A stretch of DNA of 61,616 nucleotides, the filler included, from Stramenopiles sp. TOSAG23-3 (lineage: Eukaryota), in NCBI GenBank assembly GCA_900128585.1. It is 6 parts of 6 records of this genome, joined end to end, with 100 filler letters (N's around TTAATTAATTAA, not from the genome) between each part and the next. Parts side by side here need not be neighbours in the genome. Positions count along the whole stretch, not along the records: positions 18,623 to 37,121 come from LT642426.1; 5 more parts are not named here. One strand, written 5' to 3'. Shown here piece by piece: positions 19,850 to 29,910 of the stretch; position 1 is the stretch's first letter, and every line of letters begins with the position of its first letter. The position numbers were made by a program, and so were the translations under genes. The notes below the pieces were generated by a model. That model ran no database searches and was not told the DNA's origin. It saw only the letters and a program-made list of their open reading frames with translations.

Positions 19850-22800
19850 ATGAGTGCGTTGGCGCGCCAAGAGAACGAAGAAGTGGGCGGGTACTTGGTA
19901 AAAGAAGTAATACAGCAAATTGAAGGGTACAAAACGAAATTGAAGAGCAACCAAAATGTAGGGGACCGCAAGAAAACGTTGGATGAATGCCTCCGTTACT
20001 TTTCCAGTGAAAATCAGACGGGGAAGAAGCGCTTGCAATGTGTCGACTTAATTTCTGAATACAGCCAAAGCGACAAAGTGAACCGTTGGCAAGATCTGGT
20101 TGAGCACGTTATGTTTGCTGCGAGACACGATTTGAAATATTTAGTAAAAAAGAAAGGAAAAATGCAACCAAGTTTTAATGCTTTAGCAAAAATTATTGGC
20201 AGATGTGAAGGTAGGAAACCGGGCCTGTATCTAGAACGGTCAGCAAAGGAAATTTTTTCGCATATTCTCTTTGCCATGAAAACCTCGCTGGACTCTGTTA
20301 CAAGCCAAGCTGACGCACCGGCGTATTTGGAAGTTGCCAATAAATATGAAAAAATTTTGAACATCATGCTGAAGTCTCCAGTGTATTGCAAAGCGCTCAA
20401 CTGGGATAAGCTAAAGGAGTTCATTTTGATGTGCTTCGGAAAACGAACTGGGGAATACTGCGACAGTGCTAAGCGGAGGCGTGTGCTAAAACTTTCATCT
20501 AGAGTTCTCAAGAATGTCCTAAAAGCCTTTTGTTACGATTTTGAAATAAAGGAAATTTACCGACCGGACACCGGTGAAGAATTTGTTGATGATTTTTGTG
20601 GTATTTTTGAGTCTGTCTCGGTATACTTTCAAGACGCGCGTGGTCATGACCGAGCTGCAGCGGACGAAGAAAGAGACATTGGCTTGTCGATGCTATCGAT
20701 ATTGAACGTTGTCATTGAAAATGGCCGCGTCAATACCTTAGATGCGCTTTGCAGTTATGCAAAGTCGCCGTTTTTGTACGCTTGCGAACACCTCGTGGAC
20801 AATTCTTCGCTGCATCGGCTCCAGGCGTTGACCTTCGTCCGGAGCGTTTTGCGGTTAACCCACAGGTCGACCAAATGGTACATTTTTCAAAACATGGACT
20901 TTAGTGTCGAACACCATTTTCGTAATATCTATAAATCGCTAGTGGGGGAAAAGTTCCGGGTGCCCTTGTATCAAGCGCAAGCGGGTTTGCACGTCAAAGA
21001 TTTTAGCGGTGCCGTGGGGCATAAAAACAAACCAGAAATAGAACTCCAAGTCAATCTTATTGCTGATATAATATATTACGGAGACATTATCAACGCCCAA
21101 ACAAAATCCTCTGAAAATGGCAAGACCCCAAAATATGAATCCCTATCTGGGACGAAGCGAAAACGGGAAAACGGTGCAACAGAAACAAAACAAAATAGCC
21201 ACAGACAGTTGCTTTCTATCCGGGAACACTTGCTGGAGGGTGTATATGATCGGAACCACATCGCCATATATAGTTTGTATCGTGTAATGACACTCTACCC
21301 AGACTTGTTCCTGTTCCAAAATGTTACAGACAAATCGCTGCGTTGCGGGTTTTCCTTGAAATGGTTTGAGGATATAATGAAGGCACTCTTTGACCGGTTG
21401 AGCTCGCGAAGTGATGTTGGTAGGGCCGGATCGGCACGCACTGTCCATACTGGCGAAGTTTACATTTTAGCCTGCATTCAACGCTCGCTGTACCTGCTCA
21501 AATACATTGAGAGCCATGTTGACAATCTTTCGTCTCCTAATGAATGGGGGAGCTTCAAAGAAATGAAAAATATGTGGGTAGAAAATTTTGACTCGCTGCT
21601 TAATATTATCCGCCAGGACAGCCATAACATAGAGCACATGGGCCCCGTGCACCAACTTGCATGCTTGATCATAAGTAATGGAATGCGGTACGGCAGTTGT
21701 GGCAGCGAGGGGGACGGGCTCCCTATATTTGGCAGTGGCAACATGCAAACCTTATGGCATCTGGCCTTTAATAGGCCTTACTATCACAACATGTATGTTC
21801 TGAAAATGGTTTTCAGCGCCATAATGAACATCTCACTGCCATCAGCGACCACCAAAACACAGATTTTCGATTTTGTCATAACTTTTGCTGCTTCGTGCAA
21901 ATTATTTTCGTCTCGAGAACTTGGCGTAACAGACCAGTATTCTGGGACCTCCAATTTGTGCACCAAGGCTCATTTAACGTATGCTATCAGCATAGTGTTG
22001 TGTATCCTCCTCAATAAACAAGCCGAAAGTGGTAAAATTGCCGGGGTTGGCGCGGTTCATGATTTAGCCAATGTACATATTGATGGGTGCAGCTTGGAGG
22101 CGCATTCCATCGAGAGGAATCCTGTAATGCCGAGAAGCATTGGCATGGAAACGAAGAGACAAATCGATGCATGCGTTTACGAAATTGCACAATGCTGGTG
22201 GAAACATTGGAATAGCTGCAGCTCATCCGGCAAACCCCAAGTATCAAAACCTGAAAGAAATAGAACAGCTCCTTCTGTTGTAAAGCAGGACCGAATCGAT
22301 GTGGGAATGAGCAACAAGCTTTTTCGATGGATTACTAGCATCAAATCAAACCGTTTTTCCAATCGCGTCGACGATTTATCCCAGCCAAAACACTTTGGGG
22401 ACCATCTTCGCTTGACTTACATAACGACTGCATGGGTACAAACGATTATGTCTTTGTCTGCATATTCCATGATACAACTGGACAAAGACTATATTAAGCC
22501 AGTGCATGCAATAGTACATGACTTCATCGTTTCTATTGGAAAACGTATATCTTCCTGGACTCAAAGTTCCCTCAGTTTACATCGCACAGATAATACTGCA
22601 AGAGTGGAATCTCAGATGATCGATGCACTTATGTGCCGTTTTGAATTTATTACCCGGCTTCAGAGCGGTAACGAAGTGCATGCTGCAAACAGATCATTAC
22701 TTGGAAAATTAATACGGAAAAGCCGAGATTGTCTGTTAGGAGATGTGGCTAAAACGATCAATGTCGCTTGTATGGAGTACATCAGTTACCAAGATAACCC

Positions 22801-25800
22801 AACGTCGCGATTTAACATGCTTAATGCGTCAAGCCTCCATCGTCGGTCTCCTAACGAGGAGTCCATGGGCATCATTGATGATGATGACGAGTTTGAAGTA
22901 GAAATGGCTGAACATAGTAGTAACACGCCAAATAATGGCCATAGCGTGCATTCAAATGATTCTGGAAACCGTATACGTTTTGGGGAACAGTGTTCTTTGG
23001 TAGAATTGTATAAGTGTCCATTCATAAATAATACGCGGCGTAGGATTTATGGGGCAGAAGATGTCCTGTACCTCGACAATTTCCCGATAGAGTGGTTTTT
23101 GTACACGTACGGAAGAATGATTATCGGGTCTTCCATCTCAATGGACCAAAAAGTGTCTGTTGCTGCGTGTGTGCACAAATTCGCTGAAACATGGAAACAC
23201 ACCAGTAACATATTTTCGTTGGCCTCGAACAAGCTGCTATTTTTTTCATCTCCAAGTAATTTTGAGATTATTCAATCTGTTCTGCGAGATGCTGCGGATA
23301 ATTTTATCGCGGATGACAAGAAAGTCCGTGCTTCGAAACGCCCATATACGAGCATCAGTAATACTCGTCTGTTTTTTTCGTTGTGCTCGAAAATAGTTAA
23401 ACACATACTCCCATCTCAAGGTGCTGCTGTTACCGGTCTTACTGGTGGCAATCTTGCTGCTATGGCTGGCTGGAAAGACCTCATGAAGCCTATAGTAGCT
23501 AAAGTCACAAAGGTCTTAGAATCGGCCAAAGATTTGTCGGAAACTCGTAGAGACCTTCCACGAGATGTTAGGCATACAATTCAGTTATTCTGTGGGGATT
23601 TGTTGACCATTGGAGCGGATGAGGGAAATGACGCATTGTTCGAAGTAATTTTTGAGTTGATAGAGTCTTGGATTGGGGCAGATTTGGACTTTGAAGTTTT
23701 GTGTCTATGTGGAAACTCTTACAGCAAAGCCCTTACCGGTCGCGATGAAGAGGAGCAACTTGAGATATACACACGTTTTGTAGAGATCTCAGAGGACGTG
23801 ACGCCACAACCCTCTTTAACTTTACCGATGCGGTCCACTGTACTTGGTCAAGTAGCAATGGCGCTGACCAGCCCCGCATTGGTCCCCCATGCTCTTTTAG
23901 CAATAGTCGAAATGTGTATCATGTTTCCCAATTCCCATGCGGCCGGGGGGCTTGCAAAGTTTTGCGTAAATGCCTTGGCAAAAAACTGCGGATACAGCGA
24001 TCCCGAATCGTATAAATTAGTGGATGGCAATATTGAGTTTCTACTGAAGGGCTGGATAAATATTTTTCATCCAACCTGTATCACCGACTTTCCGTTTAAA
24101 GTGTTTTATCCTACAGTATTGACTCCTACTCTTGCATCTTTTTTAGCCAGGCATCAAAAGTTGCTAGTGTCTGAGATTGTGTTACAAGGTAGCGGTGCAC
24201 GAGTCACAAAAGCGGAAGAAGGCAGTGGTCTTGAAAAGGGCGAAAGTACGGAAGCTGCCAGAGACAGTGTCTTAAATTGTCTCACCCAAGAGTTGAATCG
24301 TAATCAAGACCCTCCCCCGCACGATGTTGCATCGTTAGTTACAGATGCCCTTGGGATAATCTTTGCGAGGAATTGTGAACTGAGCAGTGCTCAATCGAGC
24401 CTTGTCAACACGTTTCTCATCACTTCGTTGGGCGAAGATGTCTTTTGCAAATCCGTTTGTAGGCTTCGTGAGGAAATTGTGCTGTGGATTCTTCTGAGCC
24501 GTAGTATGACAGATAGTGTTTTGGCTAATATTTCAGACGGTGTTTATCCAAATGCATTTTTGGGTTTACAAAATATTCTTCAAAATTTTGGGGTCCCCCT
24601 GTCGGGGTGTTCTGACGACGAAATATTTTGCTCCCTGCCTGGCGTATCTGTACTGAACCTTGTCAGCTACCTGAAAGGATACATTACAAGCTCTAGTGAT
24701 ATAGCCCAGTGCATGATTGGTGTGAACGCGTTATACACTCTCGTAAAATGTATATTTGGAAAGCACACTCACATATCTCACAATGGATTCTCTTTAAGCG
24801 GGAATTGTTTGCTGTTGGAATTTGTTCATTCCATCCTATGGCACGCATGTGATAAAAGCCAGGACTGTTGGCCCCTATCGATTGAAATTTTGGTGGCGTA
24901 CACAGATACTGCGATTAGGGCAAAAAAAAGGGATGTATTGCAATCGGGATTGAAGAAAATAATACGTGTCTTATTACTACCATTTGTGTGTGCCGACACA
25001 TCCACTGAGAATTCTGGGATGGTCTCTAGCAGAGTGTTATCGGTAGCACAACAAGCACTGGAAGGGCTTCATAGAAAGCTCAAAGCGTCAAGAAAACTAA
25101 GCTCTGCGTTTCGCCAAAGTCTTCCTGAATTCGCGATTTACACTGAGAAGTTGCAGTTTTACAAAGAAATAAAGGGGCGCCAAGTGCACTCCCTACATTT
25201 AGGACATTGTATAGCGAACTTTCTTGATGTCATTCGAGGAGCGTTTCATGGGGAGAATACTCGATTGACTTGGCACTACGCGCAATTTGCGTTGAAGTCA
25301 ATATACAATGCATTATTGGTCTGGAACAACAGAGGGTTGGGGCAACCTCATGGTAGCACCATGACGATTGCTGCCACAATGACGGAAGGTCTTCACAGTG
25401 AACTAACCTCTGATCGTGACAATGTGCAATATCCGCCAATTTTGTCTAAATTTATAAAAATTATTTCTGAGCAGGCGCATCGTGTGATTTCTATGACTCT
25501 TCCAATTGCGCGAAAAGCCCTGCAAACGGCGTGCCAGTGCCTTGGCTCTATTCGAATGTTGAATAGACATCTAAACTACGAATCGAGTGCTTCGCTATCT
25601 TTAAACTTTTTGGGCCAAGGGCAAACCATCGAGACGATTGGAGTAATAAATCTTCTTAAATCCCAATTCAAAGAGTATTGCAAATCGCATGAGTGCATTG
25701 GTTCCTCGTTTTTAACATGTTATTCAACGCTTATGACCATGTCAATAAGGCAATACGAACAAAATTCTGGGGGAAATTTGTCCAGCAATAGGAGTAGAAA

Positions 25801-28800
25801 AATTTTGAAAAGAAAAGCTTCTGTAGTTGGTGGTAAACACACCCTTCCTTACCCACTCCATGTTGTAAAGGCAGATGCACTAACGCAGGGTCTTCCCTCT
25901 CAGAGGGGCACACCCATGACTGAAGCGGTACTTTGGGATCCTGCTCACTCATCTTATGTCATGTGGGTTACAAAGCTAACAACCATGCTGATCAACAATA
26001 GTGGCATGGGAGAAAACACGCTGTTGTCAGAATGTAAACATGTTTGCTCAATCGATCCTCTGTTGGCAGAAGCCATGTTCCCTTTGGCAATATATATGAC
26101 CCTAAAAGCGAGCAACGCCAGTGTTCGTGATCAAATTGGACAACGGTTAAGATCAATATTGCTGCAACACTGTGATAATAAGCAAGCTGTTTCTGTAAGC
26201 AGTAAACAGAGTAAATATCACCTAGAGCTCATGAAGAAGACTACAGCATTGGCGATTAATACTTTTGAATTTTTGCGAAAACAACATCTGCTATTGCATG
26301 TCGACACGCAGAACACCACTTTGTCTCGTCTTGGAAATCAAAGATCGCTAAGTTCGATGTCAAACCAGCATAGGGTTGATTTTATGCCTTCTTTAGGCTT
26401 CTTTTCAAACGAAAGCAATTCCATTTCATTTTTGGAGATTGCCAATGCCGCTATATTTTGTGACATGAACATTTTGGCTCTGCTGTACTCAGAACTGCAC
26501 TACAAGTATGAGTCTCGTACCGAAAGATACAAAATGCAAAAGTTGTCAATAGATGCTCTACACAGTATTACGGAATACGAAAATACGATATATGCTGTAA
26601 ATAAACGTCTGCAGGATGAAGATGCGATGAGTGCATCTCTATTTTTCTCCTTGGATGGTGCGCGCGACAGTCAAGGCGTGATAAACGAATACGAACCCCA
26701 GGCGAGAAATTCTGCATACAAATTAACACTTTGGGAACCGATCCTAGATGCAACCGAACGCAAGGATTATCCCCTGCTGAAACGCCTTTTGGAAAAAGAG
26801 AGGCAGCTGATAGTGCGTGGCACGGAATGCGTACAACCGTTAGACCGAGCATTTATGATTGGGCAAATGCAATCGTGTCATGTATTAGAGCTCGCATGCA
26901 TGCCCACTTGTCTCAAAGACAATTCTGTCAACGTGGAAAATGCTTCGCGAGTTTGGGGTAAAACCCTTTTTGAACTGGCGGAAGACAAACGGATTTTTCC
27001 ATTTGTCAACTTCTTTCTACGAAAGCGAGAACAGACGCTACTAGCCTGGAACGATCGAAAAATGCACTTAAGACACGTAATTAGTACTTCTGTGGCTGCG
27101 AGGCACTCGGAGAATTTGTATGTGGCAATAGATATAATATCTCGCTTGCGAAAAATTTTACAAATGCCCGATTATGCAGTTGAACTAGCATCAGAAAATC
27201 TTGAGACTTACGTCAAAGTAAGAATTGCTATTGAGGAAGGTTTGGTGTTTTCTGCACAGGGGAAAATGCTTCATAGCATTGCCTTTTGCAAACGTATTTT
27301 ACAGGTTTTAAAAAATATCACTGCCCTGAAAAGGCCCAACGCTGGTCGAGATGAAAGCAGCTGGGGGTTACACGATGGGTTAGAGAGCAATGTTTTGCGA
27401 TTTTTAGGGACTTGGACCAGTGAACTTCGTTCTGAGAATGCATCAAGTGTTATCAACAAATATTTTTCCCCTGCTTTGAAACATTTGCCTGACCATGCTG
27501 ATGCAGTATCAGCGCCTGATACACTAGAAGCAAACTATGCCGCTGGAAAGTATATGGATTCCTTATACAGCCAGTTGGTAGAAAGAAAGAACTCGCCAGA
27601 GTTTAAAGAAATGGCGGTGAACCGAAAACGAAATAGAGAGGAATACAGTAAATTAAAGAAAAGAGAAAAAATGATGAAGGCTCTTCGAACGAAGGAAGCC
27701 TCCGACCTTCGCAAACATATCGTAGCTCTCAAGAAAAACCTTGAACACGACGAAAATGAAATTAAACTGATGCAAGAGAATACCGATTTGTACCTCATCG
27801 GCGCTGCCAGGCACTATATCTCTTGCCTGGTCGTAGATCCCGACCGAAAATTTTATTTAAAGCGGAAAATGTTCGTTGTAGTCCGTTTGATCCATTTACT
27901 GTTTCAAAATCCCACCGTAGCACTCCTGCAAAACCTTATGCGTGAAAACGTGGAAAGGCTTGATATTGCTTCGTTTCTCCCATTTGTCCAACAACTGACG
28001 TCGCGTATCGATTCGGGGACCGGTAAGGACGTCGAAGGGGGTGGGGATAGGCTGTCGACCACATTGGAAGCGCTCCTTGTTAGGATGGTCGTTCACGATC
28101 CGCACAAATGCCTCCCATCGCTTATCTTACTGCAAAATGCCAAACTGAAGGATGACCAGATGACTGCAAAAGACGATGTGCGCCGCAACATTGCGAATTC
28201 TATTTTGGCACAGTACAAAGACAGCTCAGCGAATGGGGGTGCCCGAATTGCATCTTACGAAAATGTTATGGAAGCATACCGAAGACTTGCCCTGTGGATG
28301 CCACAAGAAACCAAGACCAGCTCTGGTCACAAGAAATTTTCACCACCACTCGGAAAGCAGATACATGTAAGCAAGTATGTTACCGATTGGACAAAACTCA
28401 TTCGAGCTGCAGACTTAAAGCAGGGCCTGGTGGCCTTGTGGGGAAACACATCAAATTTGACGGATTCCCCCACCGTACTGCTGCGGTTAAGTGACCAGTT
28501 CCAAGTGTCGAAGTCAGGTATCAGCCGCCCAAAGATTTTGTATGTGCACGGTACCGATGGCAAATCTCATGGACAGATTGTTAAAGGGGGAGACGATTTA
28601 AACAAAGATGAATTGATTCAACAAGTGTTTGCTTTGGTCAATTCGCTGCTTTACCAAGATCTGCAATGCAGGCGACGTGGACTGGCTATACGGAAGTATA
28701 AAATAGTCCCCCTGGCTGGGAAAACTGGTGTCATTGAAATGGTGCAGAACTCCGAGGCTTTGCGAGATTACTTGAGCGTGGCTCACAAACAATGGAACCC

Positions 28801-29677
28801 GAATGACTGGAGCCAAAACGACTGCTGGCAGGCGCTGAATACTGCGTACAAGTCATCCAGGAAGGACAAAGACCAGCACCAATCGACGCGAATCGAGGCT
28901 TACAAAAAGGTATGTAACAATTTTCGTCCCGCAATGTACAACGAAATGATCTACCGATCAAGTAACATGCAGAAGTGGTATAATTCTCGAATGGCGTATA
29001 TTCGCAGTGTAGCACTGACCTCAATCGTAGGTTACATACTTGGGTTAGGCGACCGGCACGCTTCGAACATTCTAATTGATAAAGGGTCCCATGAACTGGT
29101 TCACATCGACTTTGGCATAGCCTTTGAGGACGGGAAAATTTTGACAACGCCAGAAAAGGTCCCGTTTCGCTTGACTCGCGATTTGGTCGATGGTATGGGT
29201 ATTTCGGGGTACGAGGGTGTGTTTCAGCGCTGCTGTGAAGAGACGCTTAGACTTCTGAAAAATAACCAAGACGCGCTGCTGTTCATTTTGGACGCATTTG
29301 TACACAATCCTCTTAGCGAATGGAAAATTGACCCAATTAAATGGATGAAAAAACTGGAAGACAACGCGGAAAATAATACCCAACTGTTGGACGGGTCCGG
29401 GGCCGGGAGTGAGCAAGTGACCCCCGTTTTGACGAGAAATTTGTCCCGGGGTATTGCTTTTTCATCGCCGGGGTCTCCTGGTACGGATAGCCCAGACGCT
29501 AGCACGACAAAGAATAAACATGCTGAAAGAGCAATTGGGCGCATAAAACAGAAATTAAATGGTTATCATGATGGCAACTTGATGGGGATTGAGGGCCACG
29601 TAAAGAATTTAATTATGGAAGCAACGGACGTGGAAAACTTGGCGTTGATATTTCCGGGGTGGGGCCCATACTTTTGA
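19850..29677 (+). CDS. ATM: Serine/threonine kinase ATM/Tel1 (PIKK family)
   Basis: 3275 aa; GISRPK, KGGDDL, GYILGLGDRH..NIL, HIDFG, PEKVPFRLTRD, FQRCCEETL, FATC-type end LALIFPGWGPYF. Confidence 0.95.
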   Translation: MSALARQENEEVGGYLVKEVIQQIEGYKTKLKSNQNVGDRKKTLDECLRYFSSENQTGKKRLQCVDLISEYSQSDKVNRWQDLVEHVMFAARHDLKYLVKKKGKMQPSFNALAKIIGRCEGRKPGLYLERSAKEIFSHILFAMKTSLDSVTSQADAPAYLEVANKYEKILNIMLKSPVYCKALNWDKLKEFILMCFGKRTGEYCDSAKRRRVLKLSSRVLKNVLKAFCYDFEIKEIYRPDTGEEFVDDFCGIFESVSVYFQDARGHDRAAADEERDIGLSMLSILNVVIENGRVNTLDALCSYAKSPFLYACEHLVDNSSLHRLQALTFVRSVLRLTHRSTKWYIFQNMDFSVEHHFRNIYKSLVGEKFRVPLYQAQAGLHVKDFSGAVGHKNKPEIELQVNLIADIIYYGDIINAQTKSSENGKTPKYESLSGTKRKRENGATETKQNSHRQLLSIREHLLEGVYDRNHIAIYSLYRVMTLYPDLFLFQNVTDKSLRCGFSLKWFEDIMKALFDRLSSRSDVGRAGSARTVHTGEVYILACIQRSLYLLKYIESHVDNLSSPNEWGSFKEMKNMWVENFDSLLNIIRQDSHNIEHMGPVHQLACLIISNGMRYGSCGSEGDGLPIFGSGNMQTLWHLAFNRPYYHNMYVLKMVFSAIMNISLPSATTKTQIFDFVITFAASCKLFSSRELGVTDQYSGTSNLCTKAHLTYAISIVLCILLNKQAESGKIAGVGAVHDLANVHIDGCSLEAHSIERNPVMPRSIGMETKRQIDACVYEIAQCWWKHWNSCSSSGKPQVSKPERNRTAPSVVKQDRIDVGMSNKLFRWITSIKSNRFSNRVDDLSQPKHFGDHLRLTYITTAWVQTIMSLSAYSMIQLDKDYIKPVHAIVHDFIVSIGKRISSWTQSSLSLHRTDNTARVESQMIDALMCRFEFITRLQSGNEVHAANRSLLGKLIRKSRDCLLGDVAKTINVACMEYISYQDNPTSRFNMLNASSLHRRSPNEESMGIIDDDDEFEVEMAEHSSNTPNNGHSVHSNDSGNRIRFGEQCSLVELYKCPFINNTRRRIYGAEDVLYLDNFPIEWFLYTYGRMIIGSSISMDQKVSVAACVHKFAETWKHTSNIFSLASNKLLFFSSPSNFEIIQSVLRDAADNFIADDKKVRASKRPYTSISNTRLFFSLCSKIVKHILPSQGAAVTGLTGGNLAAMAGWKDLMKPIVAKVTKVLESAKDLSETRRDLPRDVRHTIQLFCGDLLTIGADEGNDALFEVIFELIESWIGADLDFEVLCLCGNSYSKALTGRDEEEQLEIYTRFVEISEDVTPQPSLTLPMRSTVLGQVAMALTSPALVPHALLAIVEMCIMFPNSHAAGGLAKFCVNALAKNCGYSDPESYKLVDGNIEFLLKGWINIFHPTCITDFPFKVFYPTVLTPTLASFLARHQKLLVSEIVLQGSGARVTKAEEGSGLEKGESTEAARDSVLNCLTQELNRNQDPPPHDVASLVTDALGIIFARNCELSSAQSSLVNTFLITSLGEDVFCKSVCRLREEIVLWILLSRSMTDSVLANISDGVYPNAFLGLQNILQNFGVPLSGCSDDEIFCSLPGVSVLNLVSYLKGYITSSSDIAQCMIGVNALYTLVKCIFGKHTHISHNGFSLSGNCLLLEFVHSILWHACDKSQDCWPLSIEILVAYTDTAIRAKKRDVLQSGLKKIIRVLLLPFVCADTSTENSGMVSSRVLSVAQQALEGLHRKLKASRKLSSAFRQSLPEFAIYTEKLQFYKEIKGRQVHSLHLGHCIANFLDVIRGAFHGENTRLTWHYAQFALKSIYNALLVWNNRGLGQPHGSTMTIAATMTEGLHSELTSDRDNVQYPPILSKFIKIISEQAHRVISMTLPIARKALQTACQCLGSIRMLNRHLNYESSASLSLNFLGQGQTIETIGVINLLKSQFKEYCKSHECIGSSFLTCYSTLMTMSIRQYEQNSGGNLSSNRSRKILKRKASVVGGKHTLPYPLHVVKADALTQGLPSQRGTPMTEAVLWDPAHSSYVMWVTKLTTMLINNSGMGENTLLSECKHVCSIDPLLAEAMFPLAIYMTLKASNASVRDQIGQRLRSILLQHCDNKQAVSVSSKQSKYHLELMKKTTALAINTFEFLRKQHLLLHVDTQNTTLSRLGNQRSLSSMSNQHRVDFMPSLGFFSNESNSISFLEIANAAIFCDMNILALLYSELHYKYESRTERYKMQKLSIDALHSITEYENTIYAVNKRLQDEDAMSASLFFSLDGARDSQGVINEYEPQARNSAYKLTLWEPILDATERKDYPLLKRLLEKERQLIVRGTECVQPLDRAFMIGQMQSCHVLELACMPTCLKDNSVNVENASRVWGKTLFELAEDKRIFPFVNFFLRKREQTLLAWNDRKMHLRHVISTSVAARHSENLYVAIDIISRLRKILQMPDYAVELASENLETYVKVRIAIEEGLVFSAQGKMLHSIAFCKRILQVLKNITALKRPNAGRDESSWGLHDGLESNVLRFLGTWTSELRSENASSVINKYFSPALKHLPDHADAVSAPDTLEANYAAGKYMDSLYSQLVERKNSPEFKEMAVNRKRNREEYSKLKKREKMMKALRTKEASDLRKHIVALKKNLEHDENEIKLMQENTDLYLIGAARHYISCLVVDPDRKFYLKRKMFVVVRLIHLLFQNPTVALLQNLMRENVERLDIASFLPFVQQLTSRIDSGTGKDVEGGGDRLSTTLEALLVRMVVHDPHKCLPSLILLQNAKLKDDQMTAKDDVRRNIANSILAQYKDSSANGGARIASYENVMEAYRRLALWMPQETKTSSGHKKFSPPLGKQIHVSKYVTDWTKLIRAADLKQGLVALWGNTSNLTDSPTVLLRLSDQFQVSKSGISRPKILYVHGTDGKSHGQIVKGGDDLNKDELIQQVFALVNSLLYQDLQCRRRGLAIRKYKIVPLAGKTGVIEMVQNSEALRDYLSVAHKQWNPNDWSQNDCWQALNTAYKSSRKDKDQHQSTRIEAYKKVCNNFRPAMYNEMIYRSSNMQKWYNSRMAYIRSVALTSIVGYILGLGDRHASNILIDKGSHELVHIDFGIAFEDGKILTTPEKVPFRLTRDLVDGMGISGYEGVFQRCCEETLRLLKNNQDALLFILDAFVHNPLSEWKIDPIKWMKKLEDNAENNTQLLDGSGAGSEQVTPVLTRNLSRGIAFSSPGSPGTDSPDASTTKNKHAERAIGRIKQKLNGYHDGNLMGIEGHVKNLIMEATDVENLALIFPGWGPYF

Positions 29678-29910
29678 ACGTTGTCCATTCAGAACTTAAA
29701 AATGTAAAGCCTTTAAAGAGTCAGAATATTGTTGCTGTGTGTAGTTAAATTAATCGTGCATTTCGTTGAAATGAAACACGAACTAATGATACTTTCCAGG
29801 TAGTCTTTGTTTTATAACCTGCCCCCCGCCCCACCAACGTTTCTGTGTGTGCGTCTAAATGACAATCGCTCCTTCTGGTTCAAATGCATATGTCATATGA
29901 TATTATAAAC

